DNA of 59,261 bases from an uncultured Rhodospirillaceae bacterium (GCA_913052165.1 CAJXEC010000004.1:1-59261), one strand, 5' to 3'; shown: positions 1-10,200, counted from the first letter of the stretch. Notes: generated by a model not told the origin, from the letters alone. Program-made: numbers and translations.

Positions 1-428
1 AAGGCTGGATAAAATTTTTCGCTCTCTGTAAGGCCAATATCAACCAAATCCTCCAACTGTTCTACGGTAGCTCCACCAATTCCCCTGAGCAGCAGTGCCG
101 CCCGAAATACAGGTAAACCTCGATCGGCCCAGAGATCAAAATGCCCAACAGATAAACCCTCATTAATCTTTGCGAGCAATTCATAAATAGCCCCTCGCCT
201 GCTATCGGGGATATTTAATTCAAAGGCACACGCGAAATGCATCGCTGAAATATGATCTAGCCAGGTAAAAAAGAGCCGGTAGTCTGTCCATTGACCGGCG
301 ACATCGATCACTATCTCTTCGTCACATTGCCGATCATGGGGCCAATCATTTGCTACTGCTATTTGCTCTATAATGTCTATTGGATGTGCAGCGTTCCCAT
401 CAACTTCTTTTAGAGCCAAGCTCGCCAT
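1..428 (-). CDS. YbjN domain-containing protein (3' end runs off the window)
   Basis: Manual translation from ATG at 428: MASLALKEVDGNAAHPIDIIEQIAVANDWPHDR...GQWTDYRLFFTW...INEGLSVGHFDLW...ESEKFYPA; GAGAGG SD upstream; not in the ORF track because it is truncated. Confidence 0.8.
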   Translation of the reverse strand, partial: MASLALKEVDGNAAHPIDIIEQIAVANDWPHDRQCDEEIVIDVAGQWTDYRLFFTWLDHISAMHFACAFELNIPDSRRGAIYELLAKINEGLSVGHFDLWADRGLPVFRAALLLRGIGGATVEQLEDLVDIGLTESEKFYPA

Positions 429-473
429 TCAAACCCTCTCGTACATATCCTTAAAGCCACAACCTAAAGCTCA

Positions 474-520
474 TTAAAATATATAGTGCTTGTACAGCAT
501 TTAAGCACCATATGTAGGGT
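474..520. promoter_or_regulatory. Tandem NrdR-like boxes upstream of the ybjN-like gene
   Basis: Cores AAATATATAG (477-486) and CCATATGTAG (508-517) resemble CWATATATWG and are 31 bp apart. Confidence 0.45.
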
Positions 521-585
521 GCCAAAAGGTTTCCGAACACGCAACCTTTGTTAAGAAGTTTCATACATTTTATTGTGGAAAAGCT

Positions 586-918
586 CTATTTCCTCGCCCT
601 TCTGCTCTTCGCCCCTTTACCCGGGGTGGACACCTCAGACACATTGGCTTTTCGTCTTTTGGAAGCTTGCTTGCCCTCACTTTTCTTTTCGAGAAGCTCG
701 AGCCGAGCTAAAAGTGCCTCTTGTTCACTGCGGGCCTTAACTGCCATCTGTCTGACTGACTCAAACTCGTCACGCGTGACCAAATCCATCGATTCCAGAA
801 GGCGCTCAAATTTTTGTTGTATTAACGCCTCAAACTCTCTCTTAAGTCCGATAAACGCGCTGGCTGTTCCGCCGAGCACTTTGGCCGCGTCGTCGAAGAA
901 TTTGTTCTGAGCCTGCAT
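586..918 (-). CDS. ubiK: Accessory factor UbiK / BMFP family protein
   Basis: FFDDAAK...MDLVTRDEFESVRQMAVKARSEQEAL signature; usual position divergent from the lgt cluster. Confidence 0.85.
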   Translation of the reverse strand: MQAQNKFFDDAAKVLGGTASAFIGLKREFEALIQQKFERLLESMDLVTRDEFESVRQMAVKARSEQEALLARLELLEKKSEGKQASKRRKANVSEVSTPGKGAKSRRARK

Positions 919-1052
919 GAGTAGTCCTTTGCCGTTTCAATCCCACTAAAGTAGGGATCTATGGCAAGGGACTCAAGTAATAAATTACTGAGGCTTGAAG
1001 CTCAGCTAGGCAAAACCTATAAATCAAGCTTGGTCGTCGGGAGCTTAGCAAA

Positions 1053-2045
1053 ATGTATGTTGTGACTGGTGGGGCAGGTTTTATAGGTTCAAACCTTGTA
1101 GCAGGGCTAGAAGAGAGCTCTTCAAAAGAAATTGTCGTCTGCGATAGGCTAGGGAGCGATGACAAATGGCGGAATATTGCTAAGCGGGATTTAGCCGATA
1201 TTATTCCCCCTGAGCAATTAGAGTCTTATGTAAAAGGCAATGCGACGCGAATTGATGCTGTTCTGCACATGGGCGCAATATCAGCCACTACAGAGTTAAA
1301 TGCTGACCTCATTATTGAACAAAACTTTCGACTTTCGTGCTCTCTATGGAATATATGTGAAACCGAGAAGATTCCTCTCATCTACGCTTCATCTGCCGCA
1401 ACCTATGGGGCAGGTGAAAATGGTTTTTTAGATGATGCAAGTCGATTTGAATTGTCCAAACTAAGACCCCTCAATGCATACGGATGGAGCAAACATCTTT
1501 TTGACAGATGGGTGGCAAGAAAAACAGAAAACCTAGTCTCTGAAGAGGCTGCATCGCAATGGGTGGGACTGAAATTTTTCAACGTTTACGGCCCAAATGA
1601 ATATCATAAAAATAATATGATAAGCGTCGCGCTAAAAAATTTTAGAGAAATTAAGGCTGGAGCCCCTGCGGTCTTATTCAAATCTCACAATCCACTTTAT
1701 GCAGATGGGGAACAGATGCGGGATTTTATTTGGGTGGGAGACTGCATAAAAGTAATCCTTTGGCTCTTGGAAAACCCACAAATTTCAGGTCTCTTCAATC
1801 TTGGTACGGGTCAAGCTCAGTCATTTAATCAACTTGTCAACGCAGTCTATCTGGCAATGGGCAAAACTCCTCAAGTCCAATATGTCGAAACTCCGATAGC
1901 AATCAGGGAAAAATATCAGTACTTCACCCAAGCTGACATCAGCAAGCTTCGTTCAAATGGCTTTGAGTCAGAATTTAAAACGGTTGAAGAGGGTGTTAAC
2001 GAATATGTCCAGAGTTTCCTGGGATCAGAAGATCCTTATAAATAG
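1053..2045 (+). CDS. rfaD: ADP-L-glycero-D-manno-heptose 6-epimerase
   Basis: VTGGAGFIGSN, HMGAISATTE, YASSAATYG, PLNAYGWSK, FFNVYGPNEYHK, YQYFTQAD. Confidence 0.93.
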   Translation: MYVVTGGAGFIGSNLVAGLEESSSKEIVVCDRLGSDDKWRNIAKRDLADIIPPEQLESYVKGNATRIDAVLHMGAISATTELNADLIIEQNFRLSCSLWNICETEKIPLIYASSAATYGAGENGFLDDASRFELSKLRPLNAYGWSKHLFDRWVARKTENLVSEEAASQWVGLKFFNVYGPNEYHKNNMISVALKNFREIKAGAPAVLFKSHNPLYADGEQMRDFIWVGDCIKVILWLLENPQISGLFNLGTGQAQSFNQLVNAVYLAMGKTPQVQYVETPIAIREKYQYFTQADISKLRSNGFESEFKTVEEGVNEYVQSFLGSEDPYK

Positions 2046-2068
2046 AAGGTGTATAAGCGAGCCATATA

Positions 2069-2860
2069 ATGTATGCCATCCCCTTTCCTGCCATTGACCC
2101 AATCGCACTCGAATTTGGGCCCATAGTCGTGAGATGGTACTCTCTCGCGTACATACTCGGCCTAATATTGGGGTGGCGATATGCATTAATTCTGGTTGCA
2201 AAATTTGAGCAATCCATAAAACGAGTGCATTTGGATGATTTTTTTCTGTGGGCAACCCTCGGCGTGATTATAGGCGGAAGGTTGGGGTATGTTTGCTTTT
2301 ACAAGCCTTCTTACTTTATTCAAAATTTATCGGAAATCCTAGCGGTATGGAACGGAGGAATGTCTTTTCATGGCGGCGCCATCGGAGTTTTAGTTGCCGC
2401 TGTTGTGTTCTGTCGCAGAAACAAAATTTCAATCTTTTCATTTGGTGATCTCATTTGTGCCAGTGCACCCATAGGGCTTTTTTTCGGGAGGATAGCTAAT
2501 TTTATCAATGGAGAGCTATACGGCCGCCCAACCAGCTTATCTTGGGGTGTTATCTTTCCAGGGGCTGGATCTCACCCCCGCCATCCGAGTCAGCTTTACG
2601 AGGCAACCTTAGAGGGTGTCATACTGTTCGTACTAATCGCGGTGTTAGTGTATCGTTTCAATGTTTTATCTCGACCCGGCCTCGTAGCAGGATGTTTTTT
2701 CTTAGGGTACGGAGTTGCTCGGTTCACAGTGGAGTTCTTAAGAGAACCAGACGCCCATTTGGGCTTTATTTTCGGGGCGATCACATTGGGTCAATTCCTT
2801 TCCATTCCCCTAGCGATTGGAGGCCTCTGGTTAATTTATCGAGCGATCCAAAAACCATGA
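2069..2860 (+). CDS. lgt: Prolipoprotein diacylglyceryl transferase
   Basis: RWYSLAY, GGRLGY, GGMSFHGG, GRIANFINGELYGR, HPSQLYE. Confidence 0.96.
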   Translation: MYAIPFPAIDPIALEFGPIVVRWYSLAYILGLILGWRYALILVAKFEQSIKRVHLDDFFLWATLGVIIGGRLGYVCFYKPSYFIQNLSEILAVWNGGMSFHGGAIGVLVAAVVFCRRNKISIFSFGDLICASAPIGLFFGRIANFINGELYGRPTSLSWGVIFPGAGSHPRHPSQLYEATLEGVILFVLIAVLVYRFNVLSRPGLVAGCFFLGYGVARFTVEFLREPDAHLGFIFGAITLGQFLSIPLAIGGLWLIYRAIQKP

Positions 2861-3954
2861 GCCCTCTAGAAGCCTATATAAAACGGCTCATAAAAAAAAT
2901 GGGACCTATACCAGTTTCACAATACATGTCTCTGGTGCTAGGTCATGCAACATATGGTTACTACCAGAAACAGAACCCCTTAGGAGCGAGGGGAGACTTT
3001 ATTACCTCTCCTGAGATTTCCCAAATTTTTGGCGAAATCTGTGGAATGTATCTCGCTTCAATGTGGCAACAAATTGGAAGACCCAGCCAAACAAGGTTAG
3101 TAGAACTTGGTCCAGGTCGAGGTACCCTGATCTCCGACATACTCAGAGCGGCCAGTTGTGTTCCGAATTTCCTAAAATCCTTATCAATTCACCTTGTTGA
3201 GACAAGCAGAGCGCTTAGAACCCAACAAGAAAATCTTTTAAAAAAAAAGTTTGGAAAAATTGAGGTTAATTGGCATATGAGGATCGATCAAATACCTGAA
3301 GGTCCAGTCTTACTTGTCGCCAATGAATTTTTTGATGCCTTACCGGCAGACCAGTTTGTTAAGACGCCAACAGGCTGGAGTCTGAGATGCGTGGGACTTT
3401 CTAAAGTAGATGAACTAACTTTTTCAGAACGTCAATTAGATCAAAACTTTGAATTGAATATTCCGTTTAACATCGGGGAGGCCGCAAAAATTGGTGATAT
3501 TTATGAGATCTGTTTTCCGGCCCATCAGGTTATCAAGGAGCTTTCAAAACGTATTGGGGAGAACGGCATTGGAGCACTAGTTATAGACTATGGTCACATT
3601 CAAGCCGGTCTAGGTGATACCTTGCAAGCGGTTAGTAGCCACAAATATGCCGACCCACTAATATTCCCGGGTGACTCTGATTTGACCACCCACGTCGATT
3701 TCAGCGCTTTGCAGCGGATCGCGGCTCTGGAGAGCACTCGAGTATCAGGCCCGATTAATCAAGGTTCATTTTTAGAAAGCATGGGAATTATTGAACGTAC
3801 GATGATCTTAGCTCGAAATATGCCACTAAACCGCTCTAAGGATTTTGTCACAGCCACGAAAAGGTTAACTGAGCCAAAAGGTATGGGATCCTTGTTTAAA
3901 GTGATGGTGATAACCAACTCGCAACAACCTGCACCACCTGGTTTCTCATTGTAG
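2857..3954 (+). CDS. SAM-dependent methyltransferase, MidA/NDUFAF7 family
   Basis: GDFITSPEISQIFGE, LVELGPGRGTL, ANEFFDALP, DLTTHVDF; start moved to ATG 2857 (ATGA overlap with the lgt stop). Confidence 0.9.
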   Translation: MSPLEAYIKRLIKKMGPIPVSQYMSLVLGHATYGYYQKQNPLGARGDFITSPEISQIFGEICGMYLASMWQQIGRPSQTRLVELGPGRGTLISDILRAASCVPNFLKSLSIHLVETSRALRTQQENLLKKKFGKIEVNWHMRIDQIPEGPVLLVANEFFDALPADQFVKTPTGWSLRCVGLSKVDELTFSERQLDQNFELNIPFNIGEAAKIGDIYEICFPAHQVIKELSKRIGENGIGALVIDYGHIQAGLGDTLQAVSSHKYADPLIFPGDSDLTTHVDFSALQRIAALESTRVSGPINQGSFLESMGIIERTMILARNMPLNRSKDFVTATKRLTEPKGMGSLFKVMVITNSQQPAPPGFSL

Positions 3955-3959
3955 CTCTC

Positions 3960-4754
3960 ATGACCGTCGATAACAAAAAACTTGATCCAATTACATGCAA
4001 CCATCTTGCTGAGATGGACGACGTCTGCCATGGATTTTTCACCCGACAAGGGGGTTTTAGTAAAGGCATTTACGCAGGACTTAACTGCGGTTTGAGCTCG
4101 CGCGATAGTCGCTCCACTGTGTTGAAAAACCGTAAACTTATTGCTCAAGAGATTAGTGAGGGTAAAGTTTCCAGAATTAATACGGTTAATCAGGTCCACG
4201 GAAACAAGGTCATAAGATTTCCCTCGGCAAGAACAAATCACACACCCCCAAGGGCTGATGGAGCAGTTACAAATGAGCCATGGGAAATTCTTGCTATATT
4301 GACTGCCGATTGCGCCCCTGTTCTGTTTTTTGATCCAAACGCAAGCGTCATCGGGGCGTGTCATGCGGGTTGGCGCGGGGCGAAAAATGGAGTTATTGAA
4401 AACACCATTCGTGAGATGGTGTCTCTTGGTGCCTCTAGATCCCAGATTATTTCTGTAGTAGGTCCATGCATTGGACACAAATCCTACGAGGTTGGTATAG
4501 AATTTTGGGAGCAATTCATTTCTATCGACGCTTCCAATCGACGGTTCTTCAAAAATACTAAACAAGGTTTTTATCTTTTTGATTTACAGGGCTTTGTTAA
4601 AAACCAACTTCATCGAAGTGATGTGCAGACTCTCCCACCGGTAGTAGGGGATACATATACGGAGACCCAAAAATTTTTCAGCTTTCGCCGCTCACTCATT
4701 ATGGGCGAACCTGATTATGGCCGAATGGTGTCAGCGATTATGTTGAGGTCCTAG
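3960..4754 (+). CDS. pgeF: Peptidoglycan editing factor / purine nucleoside phosphorylase YfiH
   Basis: HGFFTRQGG, QVHG, LTADCAPVL, HAGWRGA, FFSFRR. Confidence 0.92.
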   Translation: MTVDNKKLDPITCNHLAEMDDVCHGFFTRQGGFSKGIYAGLNCGLSSRDSRSTVLKNRKLIAQEISEGKVSRINTVNQVHGNKVIRFPSARTNHTPPRADGAVTNEPWEILAILTADCAPVLFFDPNASVIGACHAGWRGAKNGVIENTIREMVSLGASRSQIISVVGPCIGHKSYEVGIEFWEQFISIDASNRRFFKNTKQGFYLFDLQGFVKNQLHRSDVQTLPPVVGDTYTETQKFFSFRRSLIMGEPDYGRMVSAIMLRS

Positions 4755-5136
4755 CACTGATGCCACATTTAATTATCTTCTTTTGTGTCTGTTTATTGGG
4801 ATTACTTGCCCTTTGCACAATGTTTTAATGGCACGATTATTTCGTTCATAAATTTTTTCAAAAATATACCAGTCCGCAATCGCGATTCCAGGGAAGACTG
4901 TTGCATAGTCCCAATTTTTCCCCATCGGGTCCGCAGACGACCCAACTACAATAGCCCAAGTAACGCATTATTGAATTGTCTTTCTCCTCGAAGTGCAAAC
5001 TATAAACCACCAAGTGAACACGGCCATAGTGAGCCGAAGATCCATTTACAGAGTCGGATCATGCTGATAAAGATCCCGACCCAAGTTCTCTTCAAAATCC
5101 CATCATCGTAGATGGTATTATTATGGGAAAAAAAGT

Positions 5137-6081
5137 ATGAAAATTTTGGCAGGCAATAGTAACCGTCCCTTGGCTGAAGCAATCGTTGCACATCTCAAAT
5201 TAGCGCTTTGCAAAGCAAGTGTCAGACGTTTTTCTGACATGGAGTGTTTTGTTGAGATTGAAGAAAATGTTAGAGGCGAGGATGTTTTTATTCTCCAATC
5301 AACATCCTATCCGGCTAACGACAATTTGATGGAACTCCTTGTTTGCATAGACGCACTTCGTCGAGGTTCCGCGAGGAGAATAACCGCGGTCATGCCTTAT
5401 TTTGGTTATGCCAGACAGGACAGAAAATCGGGTCCCAGGACACCGATATCGGCAAAATTAGTTGCTAATTTAATTACAGAAGCAGGGGCTGACCGAGTTC
5501 TAACGCTCGACTTGCATGCAGGTCAAATACAGGGTTTTTTCGACATCCCTCTGGATAATTTGTATGCATCTCCAGTATTCTTGCGTGATATCCAGGATAA
5601 TATGGACATAAGCAACCTAGCAATGATTTCTCCCGACGTCGGAGGCGTGCTTCGCGCACGAGCAATTGCTAAAGCTTTAGATTCCGACCTTGCTATAATT
5701 GACAAGCGCAGAGAACGAGCGGGCGTCTCTGAGGTCATGCATATTATTGGCGATGTAACTGGCAAAGACTGCGTAATAGTCGACGATATCGTGGATAGTG
5801 CGGGTACACTGTGTAATGCAGCGGTAGCGTTGATGGACTCCGGAGCCCAGTCGGTTTCGGCTTACATTACTCACGGGGTTTTATCCGGCGGCGCTGTCTC
5901 CCGGGTTGCCTCTTCACCTATCAAATCAATGGTGGTTACCGACAGCATAATGGGAACCGAGGCGGTAAGGGTATCTCATAACATTCGTCAACTCTCAATC
6001 GCACCACTTATTGGAGAGGCGATAGCCCGGATTAGCGATGAGAGATCGGTATCAAGTTTATTTGACTATAGTGCAGCTTAG
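5137..6081 (+). CDS. prs: Ribose-phosphate pyrophosphokinase
   Basis: [33 protein letters not shown]. Confidence 0.97.
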   Translation: MKILAGNSNRPLAEAIVAHLKLALCKASVRRFSDMECFVEIEENVRGEDVFILQSTSYPANDNLMELLVCIDALRRGSARRITAVMPYFGYARQDRKSGPRTPISAKLVANLITEAGADRVLTLDLHAGQIQGFFDIPLDNLYASPVFLRDIQDNMDISNLAMISPDVGGVLRARAIAKALDSDLAIIDKRRERAGVSEVMHIIGDVTGKDCVIVDDIVDSAGTLCNAAVALMDSGAQSVSAYITHGVLSGGAVSRVASSPIKSMVVTDSIMGTEAVRVSHNIRQLSIAPLIGEAIARISDERSVSSLFDYSAA

Positions 6082-6089
6082 GAATAAAA

Positions 6090-6125
6090 GATTTCCGTCC
6101 AAGCACCCCTGGAGGCTTGTAAATC
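6090..6125 (+). promoter_or_regulatory. Putative structured rplY leader
   Basis: Nested stems GATTT/AAATC and CAAGC/GCTTG around ACCCCTGGAG, just upstream of the GAGGAG SD. Confidence 0.4.
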
Positions 6126-6145
6126 GAAGTTAGAGGAGAAACGGC

Positions 6146-6805
6146 ATGGCTGAGATACAGATACTAGCCGCGGAGTCGAGAGAACGGGTCGGAAAGGGGA
6201 CCGCCCGAGCCGCCCGCCGCACAGGCAAGATCCCCGCAATTATCTATGGAAACAAAGCAGCACCATTATCGATCGCCATTGAAACAAAGTTAATTAACAA
6301 AGCTCTAGAAACGCCTGGCTTCTATACCTCTTTGATTGATATCGAGGTGGGCGGCACTAAACATAGGGTGTTGCCGCGAGATACGCAGATACACCCGGTT
6401 ACGGGCGTTCCACTGCATGTTGATTTTCTCAGATTTGATCCCAACAGACGCGTGACTGTTGAGGTCCCCGTTAATTTTATCAACGACAGGGAAGCTCCAG
6501 GGATCGTCCGAGGCGGTCTTATCAATGTCGTGCGGCACGTCTTGGAGGTCAATTGCTCCGCCGCGAACATTCCAGATGAATTTGAAATAGATTTAACAGG
6601 ACTTGACATCGGTGACTCCATTCACGCCGAGTCGGTAACGCTGCCTGAAGGTGTAGAATTTACGATTAATGATCGTGACTTCACAATTGCCACAATTGCT
6701 CCACCCACTGTAATGCAGGCTGAGGAAACAACCACAGAAGGCGAAGAAATAGAAGATGGCGCTGAACCTGATGCTGGGGGCTCCGCTAACCAGCGAGAAG
6801 AGTAA
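6146..6805 (+). CDS. rplY: 50S ribosomal protein L25/Ctc
   Basis: GKGTARAARRTGKIPAIIYG, HVDFLR, LDIGDSIH; acidic tail. Confidence 0.96.
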   Translation: MAEIQILAAESRERVGKGTARAARRTGKIPAIIYGNKAAPLSIAIETKLINKALETPGFYTSLIDIEVGGTKHRVLPRDTQIHPVTGVPLHVDFLRFDPNRRVTVEVPVNFINDREAPGIVRGGLINVVRHVLEVNCSAANIPDEFEIDLTGLDIGDSIHAESVTLPEGVEFTINDRDFTIATIAPPTVMQAEETTTEGEEIEDGAEPDAGGSANQREE

Positions 6806-6832
6806 TCGCCTTTTAGTAACCTTGGCTAAAGC

Positions 6833-7429
6833 ATGCACTTAATCGTTGGGCTAGGAAATCCCGGGCCAGATTACTCGCGAACCCGGCACAACGTGGGGTT
6901 TATGGCAATCGATGAAATCATAAGTACCTATGGTTTCTCTCATTTTCAGGTTAAGAAGAGGCCACCTGGGGAATTCGCCAAAGGCCAAGTTGATAGTAGT
7001 AAACTTATTTTACTGAAACCCCTTAGTTTCATGAATGAATGCGGTAGACCGGTTGGCGAGGCCATGAGATATTATGGCCTAGACACCCGTCAAATCATCG
7101 TTTTTCATGATGAAATCGACTTGGTCTTAGGCAAGGTAAGAGTAAAGTCTGGTGGAGGACATGCAGGTCATAATGGCATTCGTGATATTGAAAAGCATGT
7201 TGGGAATGGTTTCTTCCGAGTGAGGTTAGGGGTTGGGCGCCCTGATCGCAAAAGTTCGGTATCACGCCACGTGCTTGGAAACTTCTCCCGGTCCGATCGA
7301 AATATAATTGAACCAATGCTAAAATTAGTCGCTGAAAAAATACCGTTATTGTTAGCCCAAAATACGTCTGATTATATGAACGAAATATCAAAGAATATGC
7401 CATCCGCGGAAGCGAGGGATAATAGCTGA
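6833..7429 (+). CDS. pth: Peptidyl-tRNA hydrolase
   Basis: LIVGLGNPG, TRHNVGF, GGHAGHNG. Confidence 0.96.
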   Translation: MHLIVGLGNPGPDYSRTRHNVGFMAIDEIISTYGFSHFQVKKRPPGEFAKGQVDSSKLILLKPLSFMNECGRPVGEAMRYYGLDTRQIIVFHDEIDLVLGKVRVKSGGGHAGHNGIRDIEKHVGNGFFRVRLGVGRPDRKSSVSRHVLGNFSRSDRNIIEPMLKLVAEKIPLLLAQNTSDYMNEISKNMPSAEARDNS

Positions 7430-7430
7430 T

Positions 7431-8531
7431 ATGGGTTTCACATGCGGAATCGTGGGCCTTCCAAACGTTGGGAAATCCACCCTATTTAATGCTTTAACGG
7501 AGACTGTAGCAGCTCAAGCTGAGAATTATCCTTTTTGCACAATAGAACCAAACGTGGGTCGTATCGCAGTTCCAGACTTAAGGCTCGAAAAAATCGCAAC
7601 CCTTGCAAAATCAGCAAAAATTGTCCCCACTCATATAGACTTTGCTGACATTGCTGGGTTGGTAAAAGGCGCAAGTCAAGGAGAGGGCCTGGGCAATCAA
7701 TTCCTCTCACATATTCGAGAAGTCGACGCTATTGTCCACGTTGTACGATGTTTTGAAAATAGCAATATAACCCACGTGTCGGGACAAATTGATCCGCTTG
7801 ATGATATTTTAACAATAGAAACAGAGCTAATGCTCGCAGACCTCGACTCTTTGGAAAAACGCATTGATGGGCTAGAAAAAAGAGCACGCGGCAATGATAA
7901 GGAGGCTGTAGCGACAATTCCCTTGGTTAAAAAAAGTATCGAAGCTCTACGTCAAGGAAAACCTGCTCGATCGGTAAAAGTCGAACTAGAAAACCAAAAT
8001 TTGTTCCGCCAGCTTCAACTTCTCACAGCAAAGCCAGTAATGTATCTATGCAACGTAGACGAGGCCTCTGCAGCTTCTGGTAATGAGCTTTCTAAAAAGG
8101 TCGAAAATTACGCCGAGCCAAATGGCGCCGCTGTAGTCATTGTCTCCGCATCCATAGAGGCGGAAATTGCACAGCTTGCTGACGCGAAGGACAGAGAAGA
8201 ATTTTTGTCTGACATAGGGCTGAAAGAAACTGGCTTAACAAGGGTTATTAGCGCCGGCTATGATTTGTTGGGCTTGATAACCTTTCTTACTGCCGGGCCC
8301 AAAGAGTCTCGAGCTTGGACCATTCGTAATAACACAAAAGCGGCACAAGCTGCCGGAAGCATTCACTCTGACTTTGAACGCGGGTTCATATGTGCTGAAA
8401 CTATTGCATATGAGGACTATTTAAGATTTCAAGGTGAGCAAGGCAGCAAAGAGGCAGGCAGAATGCGTCAAGAAGGCCGCGAGTACATTGTCAAAGATGG
8501 CGACATAATGTTGTTCCGTTTCAATGTATAA
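7431..8531 (+). CDS. ychF: Redox-regulated ATPase YchF
   Basis: GIVGLPNVGKSTLFNALT, NYPFCTIEPN, IHSDFERGFI, FRFNV end. Confidence 0.97.
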   Translation: MGFTCGIVGLPNVGKSTLFNALTETVAAQAENYPFCTIEPNVGRIAVPDLRLEKIATLAKSAKIVPTHIDFADIAGLVKGASQGEGLGNQFLSHIREVDAIVHVVRCFENSNITHVSGQIDPLDDILTIETELMLADLDSLEKRIDGLEKRARGNDKEAVATIPLVKKSIEALRQGKPARSVKVELENQNLFRQLQLLTAKPVMYLCNVDEASAASGNELSKKVENYAEPNGAAVVIVSASIEAEIAQLADAKDREEFLSDIGLKETGLTRVISAGYDLLGLITFLTAGPKESRAWTIRNNTKAAQAAGSIHSDFERGFICAETIAYEDYLRFQGEQGSKEAGRMRQEGREYIVKDGDIMLFRFNV

Positions 8532-8646
8532 ATTTGCTTAGGCTCTGTTCAATCAGCTTAACATTAAATAACCTACTTAAAGAGGAAGTTTTATCCATCA
8601 CATTAATATCAATTAAATGACATTTTCTTAAACTAAGGAGAAAAAT

Positions 8647-9318
8647 ATGGGTACTAGTATTGAATTAAACACATCTGACGGGCATACGCTGGGAGCTTAT
8701 AAAGCCACGCCTGATGGGAGCCCAAAGGGCGGAGTAGTAGTGATCCAAGAAATTTTCGGGGTCAATCAGCATATCAAGAATGTAACCGATGAGTTTGCTA
8801 AAAATGGCTTCGTAGCAGTTGCTCCTGCCCTTTTTGATCGAACAGAAAAAGGTTTAGAGCTGGGCTATGGCCAGGATGACTTTCAAAAAGGTAAAGAAAC
8901 TCGTGGCAGTCTGAATGACGAAGGAATCCAGAATGACGTTCAAGCAGCCATTGATGAAGCTTCCAAAGCCGGAAAAGTTGGAATTGTCGGCTACTGCTTT
9001 GGGGGCTATGTTAGTTGGCTAGCTGCATGCAAATGTAGTGGTTTATCAGCCGCATCGACATTCTACGGTGGGGGTATCCACGCTAAACGTGAAGACACCC
9101 CAAAGGTCCCGGTTATCTTCAATTTTGGTGACAATGACGGAGGAATACCCCTAAGTCAGGTCCATGATATCAAGGAAGCAAACCCCGAGATACCCTGCTA
9201 TGTTTATGATGAGGCAGGCCATGGGTTCTGCTGCGATGATCGGGAGAGCTACAACCAAGGAGCATGCGAACGAGCGCATAAGCGGACCCTAGATCATTTC
9301 GCCAGCCACGTCGGTTAA
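8647..9318 (+). CDS. Dienelactone hydrolase family protein
   Basis: QEIFGVN, GYCFGG nucleophile motif, AGHGF. Confidence 0.9.
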   Translation: MGTSIELNTSDGHTLGAYKATPDGSPKGGVVVIQEIFGVNQHIKNVTDEFAKNGFVAVAPALFDRTEKGLELGYGQDDFQKGKETRGSLNDEGIQNDVQAAIDEASKAGKVGIVGYCFGGYVSWLAACKCSGLSAASTFYGGGIHAKREDTPKVPVIFNFGDNDGGIPLSQVHDIKEANPEIPCYVYDEAGHGFCCDDRESYNQGACERAHKRTLDHFASHVG

Positions 9319-9383
9319 ATCCAGACGACGTATAAGGGTGGCACTCAAATTTTAGAGAAATTCCTGCTCTGGAGTAATAAATT

Positions 9384-9416
9384 AAAAAGCCCGGTAGCTT
9401 ACAGCTCCGGGCTTTT
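9384..9416. terminator. Bidirectional intrinsic terminator
   Basis: AAAAGCCCGG...CCGGGCTTTT between the convergent DLH gene and petC. Confidence 0.8.
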
Positions 9417-9435
9417 ACACACCTTTACAAAAACC

Positions 9436-10200
9436 TCAGTTGTGAAGTTGCGACCAGACTCTCTTTTTGATTGCGTAAAGCAGTCCCGTCAGAATTATAA
9501 GGAACAAAAGAACTTTAATCCCAAGTCGTTTTCTTTGTTCTATCTCGGGCTCCGCCGTCCAGGATAAAAATACTGTAACGTCCTGCGCCATCTGTTTAAC
9601 GGTAGCTTTGGTCTTATCCGGATACTCGATCCCTTCCTCAACTAGGGGTGACGGCATAGCAATGAGATTACCCGGATAATACTTGTTGTAGTACATTCCC
9701 TCAGGGATCTCGACCCCTTTTTTAGTCTCCTGATAGCCAGTCAGCAACCCGTAAAGATAATCAGCCCCACCCACGCGCGCCTTTACCATTAAGGACAGGT
9801 CTGGAGGATAAGCACCATTATTTGCCGCGCGCGCAGCATTCTTATTGGCGAAAGGCATGACGAAACGATCCGAAGGCCTGCCCGATCTCTCATACATCTC
9901 CCCTTCGTCATTGGGACCGTCTTTCACCGTTTTACTCGCCGCAATCTTTTTTACCTGCTGTTCTGTGAGCCCGATCTCAGTGAGGTTCCGATAGGCTACC
10001 AGACGTAAGCCGTGGCAGCCTGCGCATACTTCATTATACACTTGATAGCCCCGTTGTAGGGCTCCCCGATCGAAAGTACCGAAAAGCCCATTGAATGACC
10101 AATTCTGTTTAGCTGGGACCAACGCGCTTCCAGCAGCAAGACTATGCCCCGAAGCTATAACCATCCACAAACTAACAATGGTAGCTAGTTTGTGCATCAA
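9436..10200 (-). CDS. petC: Cytochrome c1
   Basis: [24 protein letters not shown]-terminal TM anchor. Confidence 0.96.
   Translation of the reverse strand: MMHKLATIVSLWMVIASGHSLAAGSALVPAKQNWSFNGLFGTFDRGALQRGYQVYNEVCAGCHGLRLVAYRNLTEIGLTEQQVKKIAASKTVKDGPNDEGEMYERSGRPSDRFVMPFANKNAARAANNGAYPPDLSLMVKARVGGADYLYGLLTGYQETKKGVEIPEGMYYNKYYPGNLIAMPSPLVEEGIEYPDKTKATVKQMAQDVTVFLSWTAEPEIEQRKRLGIKVLLFLIILTGLLYAIKKRVWSQLHN

Noticed and set aside
2542-2856. N-terminal extension of the 470-aa ORF
   Set aside because: Overlaps lgt in another frame; the true start is ATG 2857.
3759-4565. 268-aa antisense ORF (and the many shorter shadow ORFs in the track)
   Set aside because: Lies opposite well-supported genes and has no recognisable motifs.
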